From Acetobacteraceae bacterium (GTDB taxonomy: Bacteria > Pseudomonadota > Alphaproteobacteria > Acetobacterales > Acetobacteraceae), in the NCBI GenBank assembly GCA_965260935.1, contig OZ253374.1, positions 3,608,755 through 3,672,754 on the forward strand: DNA of 64,000 bases. Reading direction: 5' to 3'. This document shows, piece by piece, positions 57,197 through 64,000 of this stretch. Each line of letters begins with the position of its first letter. Positions within the stretch are counted from its first letter, which is position 1. Made by a program: the position numbers and the translations under genes. The notes under the pieces were generated by a model. The model was not told where the DNA came from. It did not search any database and worked only from the letters and a program-made list of their open reading frames with translations.

Positions 57197-59649
57197 CGCA
57201 ACCGGCGGCGGCTGTGATACCGCAGCAGCTTCGGCGAGGACAGCACGGCATCGTCGTGGCCGTAGGTCGCGTGGTCCCGCGGGTCGACCTTTGTCAGCGT
57301 CAGCCCGAGCAGCCGCGCCCGTGCCGAGGCCAGCCGCTCCAGCGCCAGGCCGACCGTCGCCGGCTGCGTCGCCCCCCATTCCACCAGCATCGCCGTCGCG
57401 TCCGCGTGGCGCGCCATGACCCAGGCGTCGCCCGCGGCCAGCACCGGCGGCGTGTCGATGATCACCAGGTCGAACTGGCTCTCCAGGTCGCGCAGCACGC
57501 CTTCCCAGGCGCTGGTGGACAGCAGCGTCATCGGGCTTATGTCCGGCTCCCCGGCGGCGAGCACGCAGAAGCCCCAGCCGGTGTGGTAGACCGGCCCCTC
57601 CTCAAGCGCGATCTCGCCGCGGAGCAGCCGGACCAGGTTGCTGTCGGAACGGCCCAGCCCGGCGGCCTTGGACGCCGAGCGGCGGCGCAGATCCGCGTCC
57701 ACCAGCAGCACGCGCAGGCCCTGTTTCGCCGCCGCCGCCGCCAGCGCGATCGCCGCCCGCGTCTTGCCCTCGCGCGGCAGCGCCGAAGTCACCAGGATGC
57801 TCGCCGGGATGATCCCGTAGGCCGGCAGCAGCATCCGGGCCAGAATCTGCTCGACGGCTTCGTCCCACGCCCGCCCCAGCTTGCGGGTCCGCCGCCGCAT
57901 GAGCGGCAGCACCCCCAGCGGCGTCTGCCCGCCGGGGCGAGGCAGGCCGCGCAAGCTGACCACCCCGCGCCGGCCGGTCTCCTTCAGCAGCGCGGCAGCC
58001 CCCCCAAGCCCGAGCGACAGCAGGAAAGCGGCCGGCAGGATAACCGCCTTGTTCGGCGACGCCGGCCCGGTCGGCGTCGCGGCGCGCGACAGGATTTGCA
58101 CGCTCGGCGGCTGGTAGTTCAGCTCCGGGTCGGTCTGCTCGGCCTTTGCCGCGAAGCTGCGGTATGTCTCCGCGTCCGCCGCCGCCCGGCGCTCCAGCGC
58201 CTGCATCTCCGCTCCCACGCTGTCGGACTGTTCGGCCTTCGCCTTCATCGCGTCGAGCAGCGCGCTCAAGCGGCGCTCGCTCGCCGCCGCAACCTCCAGC
58301 TTGCCGTCCAGCGTTTGCCGGATACGGGTCCGCTCCCGCTCGATGGAGCGCGCGATGTCCGCCATCTGCGCGCGGCTGGCCGCCATCCCCGGCGCAGAGA
58401 ACCCTCTGGTCGCGCCCAGCTCGGCCCCCCGCGCGCTCGCCTCCGAAAGCTGCTCGCGCAGCTTCGGCAACAGCAGCGAGCCGGAAGCCGACGTCAGCAA
58501 GTCCAGGTCGGCCTCGCTGTCGCCCGCCGCCTGAGACAGCGCGGCCTGCAACGTCGACCGGAGCTGGCGCGCCTGCGTCAGCTCGGTGCTGACCTGGGTC
58601 AGCTGCTCCTGGCTGATCGTGCCGTCCTTCCCGCGCACCGCGCCGCGATCATGCCGCAGCTTGTCAAAGGCCTGCGCGGATGCGAGCGCCCGGTCGCGCA
58701 GGCTGTCCAGCCGGCGGCCGATCCACTCGTGCGCTTCCCGCGTTTCCGCCGCCTTCGCTGCCGCCCGGGACGCGACGTAGCTCTCGGCGACGGTGTTGGC
58801 GATCGCCGCCGCGAGATCGGGATCGCGCGACGTGGCGGCGATCCGGATCACCCGCGAAACCCCGGCCGGATCGACCGACAGCCGACCGCGCAACCGCTCA
58901 ACCGTCTTGCTGAGCACGTCGTCCTCGTCAGCCGCCGCAACCCCATGGCCCCGCCCCAGCCCGATCCGCGCGCCGAACTGCCGCAGCTCCGCCTTCAACG
59001 CCCCGAACGCGCGGCGAAGCCAAGCCGGAACTATCCCGGCTCGCCGCGGATCGAATTCCGGCTTGTCCTGCAAGCCGAGCGCGCTCGCAACCTTGCGCAG
59101 CAGCTCGTCGGAGGTCAGCCGCTCGACTTCGTTCGATATCGTGTCGGCCGCGAACGCCGGCTCCCGCGGCAGCGCCCCGTCGCGGATCGCGATGGCCTGG
59201 TCGCCCTGATAGATCACGGCGCTGTGCGCCCGGTAGCTCGGCGGCAGCAGGAAGACGATAACGGTGAAGCAGGCCATCGCCGCCGCCACCACGGCCCCGA
59301 TCCGCAGCTTCCGCCGCCGCAGGAACCCGAGCACGTTCCAGCCGGGCGGCTCGCCCGAACGACGCTCCCACCCGTCCCAGCCCACGCCGCCGCCCACGGC
59401 ACCGCCCGAAACCCCTTCAGGCTGGGCGGAATGCCCGAGCCGGGCCTCGGTCTCCGGCGCATGGCCGAAGCGCCAGCGCCGCGCCCGCTGGAGGTCTGCC
59501 TCCTCCGAACCGGGCTGGGGCGTCGAGCGCTGCATGGGCCGCTCCGAACCCATGCCCTCCGCTTCGGGCGTCGCCTCGCCCGCGCCCGGCGGCGGCGCAT
59601 CCGGCCCAGGCTGGGGCGTTTGCGCGGTCAGCAGCCTCATCTTCGTCAT
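57193..59649 (-). CDS. Polysaccharide co-polymerase with a C-terminal P-loop ATPase (ExoP/GumC/Wzc-like)
   Basis: Has a Wzz-like segment (FLLPPSYRAHSAVIY...EVERLTSDELL), a long coiled-coil periplasmic region and a second TM. The ATPase part has VTSALPREGKT (Walker A), VLLVDADLRRR (A') and DLVIIDTPPV (B). The ATG at 59649 overlaps the GT26 stop (ATGA). Confidence 0.82.
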   Translation of the reverse strand: MTKMRLLTAQTPQPGPDAPPPGAGEATPEAEGMGSERPMQRSTPQPGSEEADLQRARRWRFGHAPETEARLGHSAQPEGVSGGAVGGGVGWDGWERRSGEPPGWNVLGFLRRRKLRIGAVVAAAMACFTVIVFLLPPSYRAHSAVIYQGDQAIAIRDGALPREPAFAADTISNEVERLTSDELLRKVASALGLQDKPEFDPRRAGIVPAWLRRAFGALKAELRQFGARIGLGRGHGVAAADEDDVLSKTVERLRGRLSVDPAGVSRVIRIAATSRDPDLAAAIANTVAESYVASRAAAKAAETREAHEWIGRRLDSLRDRALASAQAFDKLRHDRGAVRGKDGTISQEQLTQVSTELTQARQLRSTLQAALSQAAGDSEADLDLLTSASGSLLLPKLREQLSEASARGAELGATRGFSAPGMAASRAQMADIARSIERERTRIRQTLDGKLEVAAASERRLSALLDAMKAKAEQSDSVGAEMQALERRAAADAETYRSFAAKAEQTDPELNYQPPSVQILSRAATPTGPASPNKAVILPAAFLLSLGLGGAAALLKETGRRGVVSLRGLPRPGGQTPLGVLPLMRRRTRKLGRAWDEAVEQILARMLLPAYGIIPASILVTSALPREGKTRAAIALAAAAAKQGLRVLLVDADLRRRSASKAAGLGRSDSNLVRLLRGEIALEEGPVYHTGWGFCVLAAGEPDISPMTLLSTSAWEGVLRDLESQFDLVIIDTPPVLAAGDAWVMARHADATAMLVEWGATQPATVGLALERLASARARLLGLTLTKVDPRDHATYGHDDAVLSSPKLLRYHSRRRLR

Positions 59650-60530
59650 GGTTTGCGCACGAGCGCCTTGCAGACCATCAGCCCGAAGCGGCTGTAATCC
59701 AGCAGGTAGCGCCGCCAAAGCCGCCGCGGCTCGCGAAACAGGCGGTAAGCCCAGCGCAGGTTGGCCCGGTCGACCCAGCCCGGATAATACGTCATCCCTC
59801 CGTGCAACTGGTCAAGGAAGCCGCCGCAGGTGAAGCCCCAGCCGTGCCACCCCGCGGCGCAGGCGTCGAGCAGGAACGCCTCCTGCCGCACCCCGCCCAT
59901 GCCGCAGATCACGATGTCCGGCGCGAGCGCCACGATCCGGCGCGTCGTCTCGTCCTGGTCCGCGAAGCCGTCGAACGCCGCGGCAACGCGAAGCCCGGGA
60001 TACGCCTTCCCGATCCGCCCGCCCGCCCGCGCCGCCACCCCCGGCGTGCCGCCGACCAGGACAACGCTCAGCGACTCCGCCGCCGCATAACCGAACAGCG
60101 CCGGACCGAACGAAGTCATGTCAAAGCTGACCCGGCGCGCGGGCAGCCCATGCAGCCACCGGATCGCCATGCACATGCCGATGCCGTCCGGAAGCACCAA
60201 ATCGAACGACAGCAAACTGCGCCGGAACCCGGCACGCCGGGCCAGCACCGCCGTGGACGGGTTGGCGAACGTCACCAGGATGCAGCGCTGGGACGCGCCG
60301 CGCAAGAACGCCAGCACAACCTCCGCCGCCGTGTCCCGTCCGCCGGCCAGGACAGCGTGAACCGGAACCCCCGCAGCCTCGGTCAGCAACACCCCGGACC
60401 GTTCCCGCGCCAGCACCGGGCATCGCTCGCCGGAACCCGCAAGCTCGGCGCCGGCGTCCGCGCCGCCGCCAAGGCCGGTCCATCCCGCCGCAAGGCCCGG
60501 CGCAGAGCTGTCCATCCTGTCCCCAACCAC
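59646..60530 (-). CDS. WecB/TagA/CpsF-family glycosyltransferase (GT26)
   Basis: ...VTFANPSTAVLARR...FDLVLPDGIGMCMAIRWLHG...VVLVGGTPGVAARAG...PDIVICGMGGVRQEAFL...GGFLDQLHG...RLWRRYL. Confidence 0.8.
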   Translation of the reverse strand: MVGDRMDSSAPGLAAGWTGLGGGADAGAELAGSGERCPVLARERSGVLLTEAAGVPVHAVLAGGRDTAAEVVLAFLRGASQRCILVTFANPSTAVLARRAGFRRSLLSFDLVLPDGIGMCMAIRWLHGLPARRVSFDMTSFGPALFGYAAAESLSVVLVGGTPGVAARAGGRIGKAYPGLRVAAAFDGFADQDETTRRIVALAPDIVICGMGGVRQEAFLLDACAAGWHGWGFTCGGFLDQLHGGMTYYPGWVDRANLRWAYRLFREPRRLWRRYLLDYSRFGLMVCKALVRKP

Positions 60531-60810
60531 GCACCCAGAAGCCGATACTCGTATCAGCAGCGCGTCCCGCCCGCATGAGCCTCAGGATTGGCGCTTGTGC
60601 GTCGATTGGTTCAAATCGATTGATCGAGCCGAAGTAGGGATTTTGATTAATTGGCCGATGGCGTCAGCCCGAAGTATTAATGCCGCCCAATTGCCACGTA
60701 TGGACGGTATTCACGATGCCAACACCGGCCGCGCGCATTTGTAACGCCTTATTCCTGACTATCGCCGCCGAAAGCCGGTAGTTTCATCCGATATCCGAAG
60801 GCGTGCGCCC
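60531..60810. promoter_or_regulatory. Divergent promoter/operator region of the two EPS operons
   Basis: 280-bp gap, visibly less GC-rich than its flanks. TCGATTG is directly repeated at 60602-60608 and 60616-60622. The palindrome AATCGATT lies at 60614-60621, and there are TTAATT/CCAATTG elements. Confidence 0.45.
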
Positions 60811-62094
60811 ATGCTGACCCCGACCCGGGCACGATACCTCGCTTTAACCATCCTGGCCCTGGTCATCCTGGTCTCGATGGAGAACTTCAACATCGCCTTC
60901 TCCGGCCTGTCGGAAGAAGAAGTCGTCCGCCAAACCGCCGACCTCCGCCCGCAGCTCGCAGCCGTCAGCCTTTGGTCGCTCGTCATCGTCCTGTCGTTCC
61001 TTCCCCACGCCGTCCAGGCCCCTACCCAACCCCGGCAGATGCTTCTGCCCGCGGCCCTGCTGCTCTGGTCCGCCGCCTCCGTCGCCTGGAGCGACAACCC
61101 GGCCAGCGCGGTCACAAAAGCGGCGGCGCTGCTCATCACCAACCTCGCCGCCTGGCGTCTGTCCGCCCTCATCTCGGTGCGGGACATGTTCGCCTGCCTT
61201 TACGCCTGCCTTGGCGCGCTGCTTGCCGCCTCGGCCGCCCTCGTCCTCTTCGCGCCCAGCATCGGCATCGTCCAGCGCGAATGGCAGCACGTCGGCAACT
61301 GGCAGGGCATGTTCGCCTCCAAGCAAGGCCTGGGAATGGTCTCCGCCGTCTTCATCGCCATAGCCCTCTTGCGCTTCATCGACCGGCGGCACTGGTTCCA
61401 CGGTGCCATGTGCGTGCTCGGCATCTCCTGCCTGCTCGGTTCCGGCTCCCGCGGCGCGGGCGTCATGGCCGTCGTCGCCGTGTCCTGCCTCGTCCTGTCG
61501 CGGGCGTCGCGCCGGCTGGCCGTCCTCGTCCTCGCCATCTTTGGCATCGTCCTGACGCTGGCCGTCGCCAACATCCTCTATCTCGCCGTCACCGGGAACC
61601 GTTCGATCGACCTGTTCGGCTACGACGTCAACCTGACGGAACGGACCTTCATCTGGCAATACGCGCTCGGCTCCTGGCTCCGCCGCCCGCTGCAAGGCTA
61701 CGGCCTGAACGGGTTCTGGACCCTGCCGACCGTCTATTACGGCTACCTGCGCGAGCACGGCTGGGTGCTCGACAACTATCACAGCGGCTATGTCGCCATC
61801 CTGGTCGAAACCGGGCTGGCCGGGTTCTCCATCTTCCTCGCCACCAGCCTGGCCCTCGCCGTGAAGTTCCACCGGCTGCTGACAACCACGCCGGAAGCCG
61901 GGCGCCTCAGCCTCGAGATGGCCGTCGCCTTCCTCATCATGTTCTTCACCATCAACCTGACCGAAACCTACCTGCTGCGCTCCACCAACTTCCTCGCCCT
62001 CCTGTTCGCCTTCCTGGTCTGCAAGATCTTCCCGGCAGCGGCGGCCCAACCGGCCCGAACGCCGGTTTTGCACGCAAGGCTCGCGCCCGGATGA
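60811..62094 (+). CDS. O-antigen ligase-like/Wzy-type polysaccharide polymerase
   Basis: 427 aa with about 10-12 TM segments. The Wzy_C-like core is ...LLGSGSRGAGVMAVV...ERTFIWQYALGSWLRRPLQGYGLNGFW...HSGYVAILVETGLAGF. Confidence 0.75.
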   Translation: MLTPTRARYLALTILALVILVSMENFNIAFSGLSEEEVVRQTADLRPQLAAVSLWSLVIVLSFLPHAVQAPTQPRQMLLPAALLLWSAASVAWSDNPASAVTKAAALLITNLAAWRLSALISVRDMFACLYACLGALLAASAALVLFAPSIGIVQREWQHVGNWQGMFASKQGLGMVSAVFIAIALLRFIDRRHWFHGAMCVLGISCLLGSGSRGAGVMAVVAVSCLVLSRASRRLAVLVLAIFGIVLTLAVANILYLAVTGNRSIDLFGYDVNLTERTFIWQYALGSWLRRPLQGYGLNGFWTLPTVYYGYLREHGWVLDNYHSGYVAILVETGLAGFSIFLATSLALAVKFHRLLTTTPEAGRLSLEMAVAFLIMFFTINLTETYLLRSTNFLALLFAFLVCKIFPAAAAQPARTPVLHARLAPG

Positions 62095-63320
62095 CGAACA
62101 ACTCGCTGCCGCGCCGCACGGCCGTCAAGCTGGCCGCAACGGCGCTCCTGGCCACGGCGGCCCCGCGCGGCGTCCACGCCGCCTGCCGCCCAGCCGGGCG
62201 CGGCGGATGCCTGCTCCCGCCCGGCTTCCTCGGCACAAGGGGCGCGGCGATCGTCGACGACAAGGGCGGTCGGGTGCGGATCGCCTCCATCGGCTGGGAC
62301 GGCTCCGGCGGCCCGGCCGGCTACGCCCCGCAAGGCCTCTGGGCGGTCAGCTACCAGGACATCTGCGACAGCGTCACGGCCGCGGGCTTCAATGCCGTCC
62401 GCATCCCGTGGTCCGACGTGAACCTCGACGCCCGCCCGCTGAACATCCCGGTCGCCGGCACGATCGATTTCGGGCGCAACCCCGGCCTCGCCGGCCTGAC
62501 GACGTGGCAGATCTTCCAGAAGATCGTCGCCTACGCCGAACAGATCGGCCTGAAGGTCATCTTCGACCACCACACCAACGACGGCGGCGGCGGCCAGCAG
62601 CCCAACGGCCTCTGGTTCGACCGTGGCCCGGGATCGAACGGCTGGGACGGCGCAGGCAACCCGGGCACCGTCTCCGCCGCAACCTTCAAGGCGAACTGGC
62701 TCCGCTTCGCCCGGCAATACGCCGGCAACTCCACCGTCATCGGCTTCGACCTGCACAATGAGCCGCACGACGTCCCCTGGGGCGACGGCAGCCCCAGGGA
62801 CATCGCCGCGATGTATAACGACGTCGGCAACGCGATCCAGGCGCTCAACCCGGACGTGCTGGTCATTTGCGAAGGCCCGCAGAGCTATCGCCTGGGTGCC
62901 CCCGAAGGCGATCTGCGCCCCGTCGGCGGCCGTCCGGTCCACCTGCAAATCCCGCATAAACTCGTCTACTCCGTCCACGTCTACCCCTACGAGATCAGCA
63001 AGGTCGAGAACGACAGCGGCGCCGCCGCCGTTGCGCGCTGGGAAGCGGCCTGGGGCTTCGTCGCCCGGCGGAACATCGCCCCGGTGTTCATCGGCGAGAT
63101 GGGCGCAAGCAACCCAGGCCCGGGCGGCAGCGCGCACGCCTGGGCGGAAACGCTGCTGGCCTACATGAACGGCTTCGACCCGCCGCTATCCGGCTCCTGG
63201 TGGCACATCGGCCATCAAGCGCCGGGCATCGAGCCGAACGGCCTGCAGGAAGCCTGGGGCGTCGGCCACTACCGCCCCGAGCAGGTCGCCGTCACCGACC
63301 GGATGCTGTTCCGCCCCTGA
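62091..63320 (+). CDS. Glycoside hydrolase family 5 (endoglycanase), Tat/Sec-exported
   Basis: The ATG overlaps the polymerase stop (ATGA). The signal is MTNNSLPRRTAVKLAATALLATAAPRGVHA. Motifs: FNAVRIPWS, VIFDHH, FDLHNEPH (acid/base) and VFIGEMG (nucleophile). Confidence 0.8.
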   Translation: MTNNSLPRRTAVKLAATALLATAAPRGVHAACRPAGRGGCLLPPGFLGTRGAAIVDDKGGRVRIASIGWDGSGGPAGYAPQGLWAVSYQDICDSVTAAGFNAVRIPWSDVNLDARPLNIPVAGTIDFGRNPGLAGLTTWQIFQKIVAYAEQIGLKVIFDHHTNDGGGGQQPNGLWFDRGPGSNGWDGAGNPGTVSAATFKANWLRFARQYAGNSTVIGFDLHNEPHDVPWGDGSPRDIAAMYNDVGNAIQALNPDVLVICEGPQSYRLGAPEGDLRPVGGRPVHLQIPHKLVYSVHVYPYEISKVENDSGAAAVARWEAAWGFVARRNIAPVFIGEMGASNPGPGGSAHAWAETLLAYMNGFDPPLSGSWWHIGHQAPGIEPNGLQEAWGVGHYRPEQVAVTDRMLFRP

Positions 63321-64000
63321 TCGGGCCGTCCCGCCCGGATCTCCGTTCGCGACCGCCCAAGCCGCCGCCCGGCATCCGCTTCAAACGCCGCTGAAGCGCC
63401 TGGCCATTGGCAAGGCCTTCTCGGTCAACCAAGTCGCCGATGCAAAGGCTGATACGCAAGCGGCGGCAAAGCAACGGTCGCCCTTTTGCTTCAACGAACT
63501 CGCATCCGATCGCAAAACGGCGTCAAGTCGCCGCCCACGATCCGCCGCATAAAGCGGATAGGTGAGAAAGGCAACGGATCGACAATCCGCAAGGCCGACG
63601 ATGACAGAGTTTTTAGTTGCAACTAACGAATACTAATTACACACACTACAGTAAAACGTCTAAATAAGCTAATCCGAAACCACGTTCAACTGAACCTACG
63701 TTCCTTACCAGGGTTGAATATGTCGAATAAACTTCGGCAAATCTAGCCAGAAAACACGGCAACACAAGGAATTCATTATACATTAACAGAAATGCTTAGA
63801 CTACTCCGCACAACCATTCAATTAACTAAGTTAGCCGAAGAAAATTTCTGAAACGACGTCGAAATGCTTGCCCCGCCGAGAAATCTCGTTCATATCTCAC
63901 TAATAATGTGTATCTTATTAATTAGTCAATCTAGACTTATTCGTGAGACGCTCCAAGCATGCTTGGCCAGCAGCAGCGTCGCACTGCCCGTGCAAACCGC

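Noticed and set aside
1-64000. CRISPR arrays, tRNA/rRNA genes and known defence systems (RM, TA, retron, Cas, BREX-like ATPases)
   Set aside because: I scanned the intergenic gaps by eye for regularly spaced direct repeats and T-loop-like motifs. I also read every long ORF for nuclease, methylase and reverse-transcriptase signatures. None was found. Small ncRNAs cannot be excluded without tRNAscan-SE and Infernal.
63959-64000. ATG at 63959 followed by a GC-rich open frame (MLGQQQRRTARAN...) at the window edge
   Set aside because: Only 14 codons are visible, which is too short to call.

Overview
Very GC-rich chromosomal window, by eye about two-thirds G+C. Gene content and synteny look alphaproteobacterial, and my guess from synteny and IS types, without any search, is Rhodospirillales/Acetobacteraceae-like. 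It has three parts. (1) Positions ~430-17,050 are an accessory, IS-scarred region. It holds remnants or copies of a serine recombinase, an ISKra4-like element, a tyrosine integrase, IS30, IS630, IS1182 and two IS5-type elements (one intact and nested), plus IS6. Between them sit a tctC-tctA-tctB transporter, a DUF3455 protein, a truncated formamidase, an orphan membrane desaturase behind an AT-rich block, and a FIST-sensor/degenerate histidine-kinase pair. (2) Positions ~17,100-53,400 are core housekeeping genes. These include pncA, cysK, the same-strand string ffh-rpsP-rimM-trmD-rplS-leuC-leuD-leuB-yaiI (with an intact ISAs1 copy 117 bp upstream of ffh), purC, rsmB, rpe and fumC, and the tightly packed string hslO-lipoprotein-hrpB-htrA-RR-HK. 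This part also has a 1035-aa secreted protein with two tandem beta-helix modules and an RTX tail, convergent with an ArnT-like GT39 gene. (3) Positions ~53,480-63,320 are a Wzx/Wzy-type exopolysaccharide locus arranged as two divergent, translationally coupled operons bounded by AT-rich DNA. I found no CRISPR array, tRNA or rRNA, and no recognisable defence system. The items most worth follow-up are the FIST/pseudo-kinase module, the double beta-helix RTX protein and the EPS locus. All family assignments come from motif recognition by eye, not database searches. Start codons are approximate where noted.
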